Numbered from the stretch's first letter, positions 38,766-50,046 are shown. The stretch: DNA of 64,000 nt from Bacteroidales bacterium (GCA_049975425.1 JBNGDI010000005.1:24277-88276); one strand, 5' to 3'. Notes: generated by a model from the letters alone, not told the origin. Numbers and translations: made by a program.

Positions 38766-40430
38766 TTATTTCACCTTACGTTTGATCTCCTTCAGCCTCT
38801 TCATCACATCATTGTCCCCTCTTCCGAAATAGTCGTGCAATATTTTGTATTCCGCATACAATTTCTCATACACTTTCACATTTTCCGGATTGGGGGTGTA
38901 TTCCTCCTCTTTGACCTTGCCCATCACCCTTGCTGCTTCCACAATGGAGTCATATCCCCCTCTTTCCTTACCAGCGGCTACAGCTCCAAACATGGCTGAA
39001 CCCAGTGCAGGAGCCTGGGGAGAACCCGATATTTTGATCGTGCGGTTGGTCACGTCGGAATAAATCTGCATGATCATGGGGTTCTTTTCTGCGATACCAC
39101 CGGCTGCATACAGTTCATCAACGGGCACACCGTTTTCATGGAATGTGTCGATAATGATCCGCGTACCGTAAGCAGTGGCTTCCACCAGGGCACGGTATAT
39201 CTCTTCCGGTGTGGTAGCCAGGGTAGCCCCCAGAAGCATTCCGGTAAGGTCAACGTCAACCAGCACCGAGCGGTTTCCGTTCCACCAGTCGAGAGCCAGC
39301 AGCCCGGATTCTCCCGGTTTGAGGGTCGATGCTTTCTCTGTCAGCAGCTGGTGAATATCCATCCCTTTATCCCGGGCTTCCTTCATGTAATCTTCCGGGC
39401 AGCAATTTTCTACGAACCACTGAAAATGATCGCCCACGCAGGATTGGCCGGCCTCGTACCCGAAAAAGCCTTCGATGATCCCGTCTTCGACCACCCCGCA
39501 CATACCCGGCACGGTTTTTTCCTTTTCACCCAGTACCATATGGCATGTGGAAGTTCCCACGATCATCAGCATCTTTCCGGCGGTGGTGATCCCCACGGCA
39601 GGTACGGATACATGGGCGTCGACATTGGCTACGGCCACGGCGGTTCCCGGTTTCAGTCCGGTAAGTTTTGCTGCTTTTTCCGTAATTTCTCCAGCTTTGG
39701 TACCGACCGGATAAATTTCATCAGAGAGTTTCTCCTTTACGATATTTTTCATTCGTGGATCAAGGGCGGCAAAAAAGTCGGGTGAAGGATACCCGTCATG
39801 TTTATGCCAGATGGCCTTGTATCCGGCAGTACAGGAATTTCTTTTTTCCACTCCGGTAAGCTGCCAGATCACCCAGTCTGCAGCTTCGATAAACCGGTCG
39901 GCTTCTTCATAAACTTCAGGAGCTTCATTCAGGGTTTGCCAGATTTTTGGGATCAGCCATTCAGATGAGATCTTGCCCCCGTAGCGGGAAAGGAATTTTT
40001 CCTCTCTTTTTTCTGCAATTTCGTTCAGTTTATTAGCCTCGGGCTGTGCGGCATGATGTTTCCACAGTTTGACCCAGGCATTGGGTTCCGAGGCATACTT
40101 TTCCAGTTTGCACAGAGGCGTACCGTCGGCTTTTACCGGTAGAACAGTACAGGCCGTGAAATCAATTCCTACGCCGATTACCTCTTCAGGTTTTGCTCCC
40201 GACTTGCGCATCACCTCGGGAATGGTATTGGCATAAACCTCCAGGTAATCATCGGGGTGCTGCAGAGCCCAGTCGAGCCCCAGAGGGGTGCCGTCGGGCA
40301 GTTTTTCATCCATTACCCCGTGAGGATAATCATAAATACTGGTAGCCGCTTCTTCTCCGGTTTCCACATTGACGATCACCGCCCGGCCGGATAATGTGCC
40401 GAAATCTACTCCAATTACATATTTACTCAT
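38766..40430 (-). CDS. araB: ribulokinase
   Basis: [20 protein letters not shown] (FGGY kinase N-terminus), about 554 aa, and full-length resemblance to AraB. It sits in an araA/araD context. Confidence 0.85.
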   Translation of the reverse strand: MSKYVIGVDFGTLSGRAVIVNVETGEEAATSIYDYPHGVMDEKLPDGTPLGLDWALQHPDDYLEVYANTIPEVMRKSGAKPEEVIGVGIDFTACTVLPVKADGTPLCKLEKYASEPNAWVKLWKHHAAQPEANKLNEIAEKREEKFLSRYGGKISSEWLIPKIWQTLNEAPEVYEEADRFIEAADWVIWQLTGVEKRNSCTAGYKAIWHKHDGYPSPDFFAALDPRMKNIVKEKLSDEIYPVGTKAGEITEKAAKLTGLKPGTAVAVANVDAHVSVPAVGITTAGKMLMIVGTSTCHMVLGEKEKTVPGMCGVVEDGIIEGFFGYEAGQSCVGDHFQWFVENCCPEDYMKEARDKGMDIHQLLTEKASTLKPGESGLLALDWWNGNRSVLVDVDLTGMLLGATLATTPEEIYRALVEATAYGTRIIIDTFHENGVPVDELYAAGGIAEKNPMIMQIYSDVTNRTIKISGSPQAPALGSAMFGAVAAGKERGGYDSIVEAARVMGKVKEEEYTPNPENVKVYEKLYAEYKILHDYFGRGDNDVMKRLKEIKRKVK

Positions 40431-40494
40431 ACCCAGTGTTTTTTTATTTGATTTCTACTGTCAGATACAACCCCACGCAAAACGACCGGGAAAA

Positions 40495-41184
40495 TCAGTC
40501 TTCGTTTTGCCCGTAATAAGCATTCTTTCCGTGTTTCCTGAAATAATGCTTGTCGAGAAGATACTGCTCCACAGGGTCACCTGATCCCAGAAGTGCCGTA
40601 TTGAAAGCCATGGCTGCCAATTCTTCGAGGACAATGGCATTCTTTACGGCATCTTCGGGATCTTTTCCCCATGCAAACGGGCCATGATCGTTAACGATCA
40701 CACCGGGAACAGCGCGGGGATCCAGGTCAAGGAAACGTTCCACAATCACTCTGCCGGTATTCAGCTCGTAATCCTTTTCCACCTCTTCCTTTGTAAGTTT
40801 GCGGGTACAGGGAATACTGCCGTAAAAATGATCGGCATGGGTAGTGCCCATGGCGGGAATATCCCTTCCGGCCTGTGCCCAGGAAACAGCGTACCTTGAA
40901 TGGGTATGTACAATACCGCCCAGGCCTCCCAGCCTGCGGTACAGTTCCAGGTGTGTTGGGGTATCAGAGGAAGGGCGGAGTTTCCCTTCCACCGTTTTTC
41001 CTTCCATATCGACCACCACCATATCGCGGGGTTTCATCAAATCGTAATCCACCCCGGAAGGTTTGATCACCATGAGTTGCCTTTCGGGATCGAAACCACT
41101 GACATTTCCCCAGGTGAGAACCACCAGACCGCTTCGCATCAGGTCCAGGTTGGACTTCCACACAATTTCCTTCAGTTCTTTCAT
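40495..41184 (-). CDS. araD: L-ribulose-5-phosphate 4-epimerase
   Basis: Class II aldolase/epimerase motifs: [29 protein letters not shown]. Confidence 0.9.
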   Translation of the reverse strand: MKELKEIVWKSNLDLMRSGLVVLTWGNVSGFDPERQLMVIKPSGVDYDLMKPRDMVVVDMEGKTVEGKLRPSSDTPTHLELYRRLGGLGGIVHTHSRYAVSWAQAGRDIPAMGTTHADHFYGSIPCTRKLTKEEVEKDYELNTGRVIVERFLDLDPRAVPGVIVNDHGPFAWGKDPEDAVKNAIVLEELAAMAFNTALLGSGDPVEQYLLDKHYFRKHGKNAYYGQNED

Positions 41185-41254
41185 TTCATTCGGTTTTTAC
41201 CGTTCCTGGCTGAAAGGGCATTAGCCCCTGACAAATCCCCGGTCAGTGTGCATT

Positions 41255-41959
41255 TCAACTGACATCCAGGTTAAAATAGAATCCCTGCCTGGTAAATTCC
41301 TCATAATTGGCCGGAAGAAAGCGGTAGTAAAAAGCACCCCGCTTGGAAGTTTCTTTTTCTTTCTCTTCGAGTTTTTCCAGCAGGTTCATCGACTGGATCT
41401 TCTTGCGAAAATTCCGCCGGTCGACCTTTCGCTGGTAAATGGCTTCATACAGGTCCTGGAGATGAACCAGGGTAAATTTTTCAGGCAGCAGTTCAAATCC
41501 AACGGGTTTGATCTTTACTTTCTCCCTGAGCTGCCGCAGGGCCCGGTCAACCATTTTGCGGTGATCAAACACCAGTCTGGGAAGCTCTTTGATCGACCTC
41601 CACTGAGCCCCGGTTGTTTTTTGCTTCAAGGGATCAATGTCGAGATACTTGATCAAGGCAAAATAAGTAATGGAAATAACCCGCCCTCCGGGATCGCGAT
41701 TGACATCGCCGTATGCAAACGACTGTTCCATGTATACATTCTGTAGTCCGGTCAGCTGATTGAGCACACGGCATGCCGCTTCGAACACTCCTTCACCTTC
41801 TTTAACAAAACCGCCGGGGAGGCTCCACTCCCCCCTCCCCGGATCCATATTTCTCTTTACCAGCAATAACTTCAGGTCTTTATCCCTGATGTCATACCCG
41901 AAAATAATGCAGTCAACAGCAACAAGATGTCGTCCTTCAATCTGGTAATATCCTGTCAT
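41255..41959 (-). CDS. araR: NrtR-family Nudix-domain transcription regulator (AraR-type)
   Basis: Nudix fold with a degenerate box (GGFVKEGEGVFEAACRVLNQLTG; the REx2EE glutamates are replaced by N/Q). C-terminal winged-helix (FTLVHLQDLYEAIYQRKVDRRNFRKKI). It is embedded between araA and araD, as in the Bacteroides ara operon. ATG 41959; the track start 41986 is TTG. Confidence 0.7.
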   Translation of the reverse strand: MTGYYQIEGRHLVAVDCIIFGYDIRDKDLKLLLVKRNMDPGRGEWSLPGGFVKEGEGVFEAACRVLNQLTGLQNVYMEQSFAYGDVNRDPGGRVISITYFALIKYLDIDPLKQKTTGAQWRSIKELPRLVFDHRKMVDRALRQLREKVKIKPVGFELLPEKFTLVHLQDLYEAIYQRKVDRRNFRKKIQSMNLLEKLEEKEKETSKRGAFYYRFLPANYEEFTRQGFYFNLDVS

Positions 41960-42009
41960 TATTATGCTGTTTTTCCGGTTATTCAAAGTGCCGGCAAGAT
42001 ACTTCTTTC

Positions 42010-43515
42010 TTACCGTAAACCGCCGGCGATCAGATAATAAATCTCATGCATCTTGATCTGATCTTTCAGCCCGGCAAGGGTTGTATTTTCATCAATCAGG
42101 AAGAATTCAATACCCGCCATGGCGGCAAAGTCTTCCAGGTGTTCTGTATTCAGGGCTTTGGTAAACCCGGTATGGTGAGCCCCGCCGCCCATGATCCAGG
42201 CTTCAGCAGCCGTTTTCAGATCGGGCATGGGTTTCCACAGCACGCTGGCAACCGGCAGTTTGGGCATATCAGGACAGGGTATCACTTCCACTGTATTCAC
42301 CAGCATCCTGAACCGGTTCCCCAGATCCACCACCGAGGCGTTCAGTCCTTTTCCCGGACCAGCTTTAAACACCAGGCGCGGTGGATCTTCTTTTCCACCA
42401 ATGGAGAGAGGATGTATCTCCAGCCGGGGTTTCTCTTCTGCCACCGAGGGGCAGACTTCCAGCATATGAGCCCCCAGTACGGCCATATTCCCCGGTTCCA
42501 GGTGATAGGTATAATCTTCCATGAAACTGGTACCTCCGGGCAAACCCTCGGCCATTACTTTCATCGAACGCACCAGAGCAGCTGTTTTCCAGTCGCCTTC
42601 CGCACCGAAACCGTATCCCTTATCCATCAGCCTCTGAACGGCGATGCCGGGAAGCTGGGGCAATCCGTACAGGTCTTCGAAAGTAGTGGTGAATCCTCCG
42701 AATCCACCCTTCTCCAGGAATGTCTGCAATCCCAGCTCAATGCGCGCTGCATCATGCAGAAATTTAGTATCCTTTACTCCCGCATCCATCTGATACGTTC
42801 CGGCGTACTCATCAATCAGTTTCTTAACCGCCGAATCTTCCACATGTTCCACTTCCTTCACCAGGTCGCCCACCCCGTATCCGTGCACCGAATAGTGCAA
42901 CTTGATATGGGCAGAAACCTTGTTGCCTTCGGTCACGGCCACATCGCGCATATTATCGCCGAAACGGGCAATCTTGAGCTTTCCGGCATCATCGAAGGCA
43001 ACCGCCGCACGGGCCCAGGTCCCGATCCTCAACAGGGCATTTTCATCTTTCCAGTGCCCGGCCACCACTTTCCGGTTAAGCCGCATCCGGGTAACCATGA
43101 ATCCGAACTCGCGTCCCCCGTGAGCCGACTGGTTCAGGTTCATAAAATCCATGTCGATCTCTTTCCATGGTATATCCCGGTTGAACTGGGTGTGAAAGTG
43201 GAGGAAGGGCTTCTGCAATATGCTCAGTCCGTGTATCCACATTTTGGCCGGTGAAAAGGTATGCATCCACGTTATCAGGCCAACACAGGAAGAACTGTTG
43301 TTGGCTTCCTGACACAGGCTATGAATGGCTTCAGAACTGGTCAGCACCGGTTTGAATACCACCCTCAGTGGAATGGCTTCCGATGAGTCCAGGTGTTTGG
43401 CAATCACCCGGGAATCATCATCCACCTGCCTCAGTGTTTTTTCCCCGTACAAATGCTGACTACCCGTCACAAACCACAGCTCCTTGTTCTTGTAATGTTC
43501 CATAATATTTCGCAT
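42010..43515 (-). CDS. araA: L-arabinose isomerase
   Basis: [14 protein letters not shown]-terminus, about 500 aa, and [19 protein letters not shown] motifs of AraA. Confidence 0.9.
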   Translation of the reverse strand: MRNIMEHYKNKELWFVTGSQHLYGEKTLRQVDDDSRVIAKHLDSSEAIPLRVVFKPVLTSSEAIHSLCQEANNSSSCVGLITWMHTFSPAKMWIHGLSILQKPFLHFHTQFNRDIPWKEIDMDFMNLNQSAHGGREFGFMVTRMRLNRKVVAGHWKDENALLRIGTWARAAVAFDDAGKLKIARFGDNMRDVAVTEGNKVSAHIKLHYSVHGYGVGDLVKEVEHVEDSAVKKLIDEYAGTYQMDAGVKDTKFLHDAARIELGLQTFLEKGGFGGFTTTFEDLYGLPQLPGIAVQRLMDKGYGFGAEGDWKTAALVRSMKVMAEGLPGGTSFMEDYTYHLEPGNMAVLGAHMLEVCPSVAEEKPRLEIHPLSIGGKEDPPRLVFKAGPGKGLNASVVDLGNRFRMLVNTVEVIPCPDMPKLPVASVLWKPMPDLKTAAEAWIMGGGAHHTGFTKALNTEHLEDFAAMAGIEFFLIDENTTLAGLKDQIKMHEIYYLIAGGLR

Positions 43516-43530
43516 ATAGATTTTTTCGGT

Positions 43531-45183
43531 TTACCAGAAATAGATATAAAATGCCACAATAACGCCCAGTATGATAAACGAATGGATCACATCCCATTTG
43601 TTCCAGCTGGCACGTGTAATGGCTTTCTGCACTCCGGTGGCAGAACCCAGGTAAAGTCCCTCAATAGAAGCCTCGTTCTTTCTTTCCGTAAAGAAGGAAA
43701 CCACCACCATCACCAGGATAATCAGGCCGAACAGAACAATCTCGTAATGCAGCCAGTTGGGGGCGACAAACACTTTGTATATCAATGTATCGGGATTCAT
43801 TCCCGATTCGAAAACATTCATTATCAGGCGGGTCATACCAAGGACAAATCCTACCAGCAGGCCTGTAATACCGGCAGCCGGTGTGGTTTTCTTGGACAGG
43901 ATCCCCAGGAGGAACGCTGCGGCAATACCCGGAGCCAGAAGCGACTGCACATCCTGCAGATACTCGTAAAGCACCTTGCCAAGTCCCTTCATAACGGGAA
44001 TCCACAGTACCCCCAGTACCACCACGGTGGCAGTGGCAATACGTCCAACCCTCACCAGCTCTTTTTCCGGAGCATTGGGACGGTATTTCTTATAGAAATC
44101 CACCGTAAACAGGGTGGCGGATGAATTGAACAGCGATGCCAGGGAACTCATCAGGGCAGCCAGGATACCTCCCACCACAATCCCTTTGAATCCGATAGGC
44201 AATAATTCCCTCACCATGGTCGGAAAAGCAGCGTCGGAATGTTCCAGGGGCATCAGGCCTTTTTCATTCAGGGCATAGGCAATCATCCCGGGGATCAGGA
44301 AGATAAATACCGGTGTAAGTTTCAGGTAAGCGCCGAAAATGGCTCCCCTTCTGGATTGCTTCTGATCACGGCCGGAAAGTACCCTCTGTACAATATACTG
44401 GTCGGTACACCAGTACCAGAAACCGATGATAGCCGACCCGAGCAGCACCCCGGTCCATGGAAAGTCCGGATCCTTCGGTGATCGGATCAGATTGGTCATG
44501 CTGTCGCCGTAATCATTGACCGGAACGGCCCGGCATATTTCCATCATTTCGCCCCATCCGCCGAGCTTGATAAGCCCGATTACCAGAACGGCCAGAGAAC
44601 CGACCAGAAGCACAGGAGTTTGAATTACCGATGTCCATAATACGGCTTTCATACCGCCCAGCACCGTATATATTCCCGTAAGGATTACCAGCCCGATGGC
44701 ACTGATCCAGAAAAAATCAATCCCGAACATTGATTCTATACCGAATACCTGCTTAAACACTACACCGCCGGCATAAACCGTCACAGCCACTTTGGTGAGC
44801 ACGTAACTGACCAGGGAGATGATTGACAGAAAAGACCGGGATTGCTTGTTATACCTTCTTTCGAGAAACTCGGGCATGGTAAATACCCCGCTCCGCTCAT
44901 AAAATGGCACAAACAACCATCCCAGCAGAAGGATCATCCATCCATGCATTTCCCAGTGGGCCATGGCCATACCGCTTGAAGCGCCGGCACCAGCCAGTCC
45001 TACCAGATGTTCCGAACCTATATTCGAAGCAAAAATGGATGCACCGATGGCAATCCAGGTTGCATCCCTGCCGGCAAGAAAGTAATCTGCACTGGTATCC
45101 TTTTTCTGGCGTACAACCCAAACGATCACGCCTATCAGAACCATACAGAAAATTCCCAGAACAATCCAATCAAAAATTGTCAT
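43531..45183 (-). CDS. sodium:solute symporter (SSS family), probable arabinose/pentose importer
   Basis: Polytopic membrane protein with SGLT-like motifs (ADYFLAGRD, GASIFASNIGSEHLVGLAG). It is the first gene of the ara operon. Confidence 0.8.
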   Translation of the reverse strand: MTIFDWIVLGIFCMVLIGVIVWVVRQKKDTSADYFLAGRDATWIAIGASIFASNIGSEHLVGLAGAGASSGMAMAHWEMHGWMILLLGWLFVPFYERSGVFTMPEFLERRYNKQSRSFLSIISLVSYVLTKVAVTVYAGGVVFKQVFGIESMFGIDFFWISAIGLVILTGIYTVLGGMKAVLWTSVIQTPVLLVGSLAVLVIGLIKLGGWGEMMEICRAVPVNDYGDSMTNLIRSPKDPDFPWTGVLLGSAIIGFWYWCTDQYIVQRVLSGRDQKQSRRGAIFGAYLKLTPVFIFLIPGMIAYALNEKGLMPLEHSDAAFPTMVRELLPIGFKGIVVGGILAALMSSLASLFNSSATLFTVDFYKKYRPNAPEKELVRVGRIATATVVVLGVLWIPVMKGLGKVLYEYLQDVQSLLAPGIAAAFLLGILSKKTTPAAGITGLLVGFVLGMTRLIMNVFESGMNPDTLIYKVFVAPNWLHYEIVLFGLIILVMVVVSFFTERKNEASIEGLYLGSATGVQKAITRASWNKWDVIHSFIILGVIVAFYIYFW

Positions 45184-45990
45184 AGAACGTTTCTTTAAGG
45201 TGGTTAATAATAAGGGAACAAATCAGAATACACAAAGGGCCCCGCCTGCCGGAAAGCTTGCCGATCAGCGTTACATTACCCTGACTGCCAGTTAATTTAC
45301 AGGAAGACCCCCGCATGATTTTACAATCATTTAACAAATATATAGAAAAACTTTAATGTACTAATTACACTTAAATTATTTAGACTGAATTTAAGTTATT
45401 CCCGGTTATCAGCTCCTGTGTCGGTCTGTTTTCGTCTCAAGCCTTAAAATTCATAAAATTAGCCAAAAGACCAATACCACAGATAGAAAAAACAGGCAAT
45501 ACCCTGTTAAAATCACCCATGAATTCCTGACCATGACTGTCATATGTTTGAAAACATCTTGAATCTGCACTTCTTCAACCGGTTCTCCAGATCATAAACA
45601 GCATAAACCAGGCTGATTTTTTCCTTATCTTAGAATTTCTAACCGGAATAGCAGCATACCCGTTTCCTTCCCCGGCAAAGCCATCCTATTTTGAGATTAT
45701 ACTGGAATATCCGCACGATCTGTTTGCATTGGGGATCGCCTCTATAATGTAAATACGGATATATTCGTCCACATACCGGCCATCCACTGGCTCACCCCGC
45801 TGCCGTGGGTACAGACCTATTCATTTCCACAGTAGAAACCTTTTCTCTCCACTGCAGTCGGTTTCTGTCCTGGTCACCGGGCATGGGGACATTCCAGCCA
45901 TGGAAAGGTCTCGGCATAATGCCCGGCAGCCGGGGCTTTCCCCGGCCATCTGGTATCAAAAAAACAACAAATGCAGGAACAGGCCGGTTT

Positions 45991-47019
45991 CTACTGTTTC
46001 ATTTGTTCTGCGGTGGAAAGCATTCCGCATGCGGCTGAAATGTCCTGGCCACGGGATGCCCTGATGGTGGTTCTGATCCCTTTCCGGTTCAGGCTCAACA
46101 TAAATTGTTCCATTGTGCGTTCATCGGAGCTTTCAAGGGAAATGCCGGGCACAGGATGGAAGCGGATCAGATTCACGCGGCAGCGCAGGCCGTTGAGCAG
46201 CCTGGCCAGTTCCCTGATATGCCGGGGGGTATCATTCACATCCCTGAACATGATGTATTCGAATGAAAGTCTTCTCTGCCTTCCAAAATCAAAATTCCGA
46301 AGTTCAGAAATCAGTTCTTTCAAAGGATGGAGGGAAGCCACGGGCATCAGTTGCCTTCTTTCTCCCTCAAAAGGAGAATGCAGACTGACAGCCAGGTGGC
46401 ACTGGCTTTCACGCAGGAAACGGTGCAGCGGGCCGGTCAATCCTATGGTGGAAACAGTGATCCGCCGGGGACTCATGGCATAACCCCATTCAGCCGTGAA
46501 TATTTGCGTGCTCTTCAGAACTTCGTTCAGGTTATCAAAAGGTTCCCCCATACCCATGTACACAATATTGGTTACCCTGTCTCTTTCGGGCAGGCTGCGG
46601 TACTGGTTCACGATCTCACCTGCCGTCAGGCTCCCGTGAAATCCCTGTTTGCCGGTCATACAGAAGATGCAGCCCATTTTGCATCCCACCTGGCAGGAAA
46701 GGCAGAGGGTATTTCGCTTTTCATCGGGTATACAGGCGGCTTCCACAAAACGCTTTTCTCCTGCGGGAAAAAGATATTTCCTTGTTCCGTCGCGGGAAAT
46801 CTGCACATGTTCCGGCAGGGACACACCCAATCTGTAACGTTGCCCGAGGGTTTTGCGGGTGCGCATCGGCAGATTGGTCATCCGGTCTGTACGGTCCACC
46901 TGTTGCCTGTAAAGCCATCGGGTTATTTGCTTTCCGGCATACCGGGGCCAGCCGTTCTCTGCAGCCAGAGTCTCCAGTTCATCCAGGGTTAATCCGAACA
47001 GGGCAGGTAGTTCATTCAT
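45991..47019 (-). CDS. rlmN: 23S rRNA/tRNA (adenine-C2)-methyltransferase, radical SAM
   Basis: LFGLTLDELETL...YAGKQITRWLY N-domain. Radical-SAM CxxxCxxC (CQVGCKMGCIFCMTG). MGMGEP. C-terminal DISAACGML. Start set at ATG 47019 (MNELPALFG). Confidence 0.9.
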   Translation of the reverse strand: MNELPALFGLTLDELETLAAENGWPRYAGKQITRWLYRQQVDRTDRMTNLPMRTRKTLGQRYRLGVSLPEHVQISRDGTRKYLFPAGEKRFVEAACIPDEKRNTLCLSCQVGCKMGCIFCMTGKQGFHGSLTAGEIVNQYRSLPERDRVTNIVYMGMGEPFDNLNEVLKSTQIFTAEWGYAMSPRRITVSTIGLTGPLHRFLRESQCHLAVSLHSPFEGERRQLMPVASLHPLKELISELRNFDFGRQRRLSFEYIMFRDVNDTPRHIRELARLLNGLRCRVNLIRFHPVPGISLESSDERTMEQFMLSLNRKGIRTTIRASRGQDISAACGMLSTAEQMKQ

Positions 47020-47251
47020 GACTGTATTTCCGGGTTGTATAAGATTCGGTGGGTACTGATCGGCCTTACGGGAAGGCATTTTTCAGCTGCACGGTATCCC
47101 CCTGCAAAGATACAATTTCCGGAAGTAACCCGGCTTATTCTCCGGGAAAGAAGCCCCGTGCCTTATTCCGGAAAATCGGAAAGAATACATTCAGGAATTC
47201 CATAATTATTATTATTTTTGGGCGACTTTTTGAAAACAATTTTAAACTCAA

Positions 47252-49975
47252 ATGATTATGGCCGAGAAAAAACGAGTTTACACATTCGGAAACAGACAAG
47301 CGGAAGGAAGCACCGGCATGAAGAATCTGCTGGGCGGCAAGGGCGCGAATCTGGCGGAGATGAACCTGATAGGAGTGCCCGTACCTCCGGGATTCACCAT
47401 TACCACCGAAGCATGTAATGAATACACCAAACTGGGAAAGGATAAGATTGTTGAACTGCTCAGAGAGGAAGTAAGAAACGGGATTGCACACATTGAAAAA
47501 ATCATGGGCACCGGTTTTGGCTCCAAAGAAAACCCCTGCCTGGTATCGGTCCGTTCAGGGGCCAGGGTATCCATGCCCGGTATGATGGATACCGTACTGA
47601 ACCTGGGAATGAACGACGATGCCGTAATCGGGCTTGCCAGGAAAACAGGCAATGAACGGTTTGCATGGGATTCGTACCGCCGTTTTGTCCAGATGTACGG
47701 AGATGTGGTACTGGGACTGAAACCGGCGTCGAAGGAAGACAACGATCCGTTCGAGGATATCATGGACCGCGTAAAAGAAGAAAAAGGATACGAACTCGAC
47801 ACCGAGTTTACGGTTGACGACCTGAAAGAGCTGGTGAAGCTTTTCAAAAAAGCCGTGAAAGACAATACCGGTCATGATTTCCCGGCCGATCCATGGGAAC
47901 AGCTCTGGGGCGCCGTTCTGGCCGTTTTTGACAGCTGGAACAACAACCGGGCAAAAGTATACCGGCAGCTGAATAACATCCCCGAAGAATGGGGCACGGC
48001 CGTAAACGTACAGGCAATGGTGTACGGCAATATGGGCGAGAGCTCGGCAACCGGCGTGGCTTTTACCCGCGACGCAGCCACGGGCGAAGACATTTTCAAC
48101 GGTGAATATCTGATCAATGCCCAGGGAGAGGATGTGGTGGCCGGGATACGCACGCCTCAGCAGATCACCAAGGAAGGTTCGGTAAGATGGGCCAGACTGG
48201 CCGGAATTTCCGAAGAAGAACGGAAAGCCAAATATCCTTCCCTGGAGGAAGTGATGCCCGAGGTTTACAAAGAGCTGGACGATATACAGCAAAAGCTGGA
48301 AGATCATTACAAAGACATGCAGGACCTTGAGTTCACTATTCAGGAAGGCAAGCTGTGGCTGCTGCAAACCCGGAACGGAAAACGCACCGGCGCCGCCATG
48401 GTGAAAATTGCCATGGACCTGCTGCACGACGGCAAGATCGACGAGAAAACCGCCCTGCTAAGGCAGGAACCCAACAAGCTGGATGAATTGCTCCACCCGG
48501 TTTTTGAAAAATCTGCCCTGGAAAAAGCTACTGTTGTGGGCAAAGGACTGCCCGCTTCGCCCGGCGCCGCCACAGGCCAGATAGTATTTTTCGCTGATGA
48601 AGCCAAAAAATACGAGCAGACCATTCTGGTAAGGATCGAAACTTCTCCGGAAGACCTGGAAGGAATGAATGTGGCCAGGGGTATCCTGACCGCCCGCGGG
48701 GGGATGACCTCCCATGCCGCAGTGGTAGCCAGGGGAATGGGCAAATGCTGTGTTTCGGGAGCCGGCAAAATCACCATTAATTACAAGAACAGGACCTTCA
48801 CCGCAGAGGGGAAAACCTTCAGGGAAGGCGACTGGATCTCACTGAACGGAACGACCGGTGAAGTATATGAAGGCAAGATCAAGACCATCGATCCCGAGCT
48901 GAGCGGCGACTTCGGCAAGCTGATGGAACTGGCTGAAAAACATACCCGTATGAGCGTGCGTACCAATGCCGACACCCCGCACGACGCCACCGTGGCACGT
49001 GAATTTGGAGCAAAGGGGATCGGGCTGTGCCGTACCGAACACATGTTCTTCGAAGGGGAAAGGATCAAGGCCATGAGAGAAATGATCCTGGCCGATGATG
49101 AAAAAGGACGCAGAAAAGCCCTGGAAAAACTCCTGCCTATCCAGCGGAGCGATTTCGAGGGAATTTTCGAAGCCATGCAGGATCTGCCTGTAACAGTTCG
49201 CCTGCTCGATCCACCTCTGCATGAATTTGTTCCCCACGAAGAGGAAAACCAGCAGGAAATGGCCAGGGAGATGGGTATTTCCATTGAGGAAATCCAGGCC
49301 AAGGTGGATTCCCTGCATGAATTCAACCCCATGCTCGGACACCGCGGCTGCCGCCTGGGCAATACCTATCCCGAGATCACAGAAATGCAGGCCCGGGCCA
49401 TCATCGAGGCAGCTCTCAACCTGAAAGCCAGGGGAATCAAAGCTATTCCCGAGATCATGGTTCCGCTGACCGGAACCCTGAAAGAAATGGAGCTTCAGGA
49501 AGAAATCATTCGAAATACTGCCGAAAAAGTTTTTGAGGAAAGAAACGACCGGATCGAATACCTGGTGGGAACCATGATCGAAATCCCACGGGCCGCCCTT
49601 ACGGCAGATGAAATTGCCAAATCGGCCGAATTCTTTTCATTCGGCACCAACGACCTCACCCAGATGGGTTTCGGATACTCGCGTGACGATGCCGGGAAAT
49701 TCCTGCCGGTCTACCTCGAAAAAGGCATCCTGAAACACGATCCGTTCCAGATCCTCGACCAGGAAGGGATCGGACAGCTGGTTGAAATGGGAGTGGAAAA
49801 AGGCAGAAAAACCAACCCCGATCTGAAAGTGGGGATATGCGGAGAACACGGAGGAGAGCCTTCATCGGTGGAATTCTGCCACCGCGTGGGAATGAATTAC
49901 GTCAGCTGCTCTCCGTACCGGGTTCCCATCGCACGCCTGGCTGCTGCACAGGCTGCCGTAAAGGAAAGCAAATAA
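47252..49975 (+). CDS. ppdK: pyruvate, phosphate dikinase
   Basis: GMKNLLGGKGANLAEM, phospho-His loop GGMTSHAAVVARGMGKCCV, C-terminal PEP-utilizer TIM barrel (FSFGTNDLTQM, GICGEHGG). 907 aa. Confidence 0.95.
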   Translation: MIMAEKKRVYTFGNRQAEGSTGMKNLLGGKGANLAEMNLIGVPVPPGFTITTEACNEYTKLGKDKIVELLREEVRNGIAHIEKIMGTGFGSKENPCLVSVRSGARVSMPGMMDTVLNLGMNDDAVIGLARKTGNERFAWDSYRRFVQMYGDVVLGLKPASKEDNDPFEDIMDRVKEEKGYELDTEFTVDDLKELVKLFKKAVKDNTGHDFPADPWEQLWGAVLAVFDSWNNNRAKVYRQLNNIPEEWGTAVNVQAMVYGNMGESSATGVAFTRDAATGEDIFNGEYLINAQGEDVVAGIRTPQQITKEGSVRWARLAGISEEERKAKYPSLEEVMPEVYKELDDIQQKLEDHYKDMQDLEFTIQEGKLWLLQTRNGKRTGAAMVKIAMDLLHDGKIDEKTALLRQEPNKLDELLHPVFEKSALEKATVVGKGLPASPGAATGQIVFFADEAKKYEQTILVRIETSPEDLEGMNVARGILTARGGMTSHAAVVARGMGKCCVSGAGKITINYKNRTFTAEGKTFREGDWISLNGTTGEVYEGKIKTIDPELSGDFGKLMELAEKHTRMSVRTNADTPHDATVAREFGAKGIGLCRTEHMFFEGERIKAMREMILADDEKGRRKALEKLLPIQRSDFEGIFEAMQDLPVTVRLLDPPLHEFVPHEEENQQEMAREMGISIEEIQAKVDSLHEFNPMLGHRGCRLGNTYPEITEMQARAIIEAALNLKARGIKAIPEIMVPLTGTLKEMELQEEIIRNTAEKVFEERNDRIEYLVGTMIEIPRAALTADEIAKSAEFFSFGTNDLTQMGFGYSRDDAGKFLPVYLEKGILKHDPFQILDQEGIGQLVEMGVEKGRKTNPDLKVGICGEHGGEPSSVEFCHRVGMNYVSCSPYRVPIARLAAAQAAVKESK

Positions 49976-49990
49976 ACCCTGCTTGATTAC

Positions 49991-50028
49991 AAAAAAAACT
50001 GCCCGGTTCCCCCGGGCAGTTTTTTTTT
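49991..50028. terminator. bidirectional intrinsic terminator between the convergent ppdK and secA genes
   Basis: A8-CTGCCCGG-ttccc-CCGGGCAG-T9. 8-bp GC-rich stem flanked by A- and T-tracts. Confidence 0.8.
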
Positions 50029-50046
50029 CTCCTTTCAGGAGTATTC

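Noticed and set aside
45805-46038. 77-aa plus-strand ORF in the long rlmN/ara intergenic region
   Set aside because: It overlaps the rlmN 3' end in antisense, has no recognisable motif and has an unremarkable composition. I treat it as non-coding, while flagging the region as a whole.
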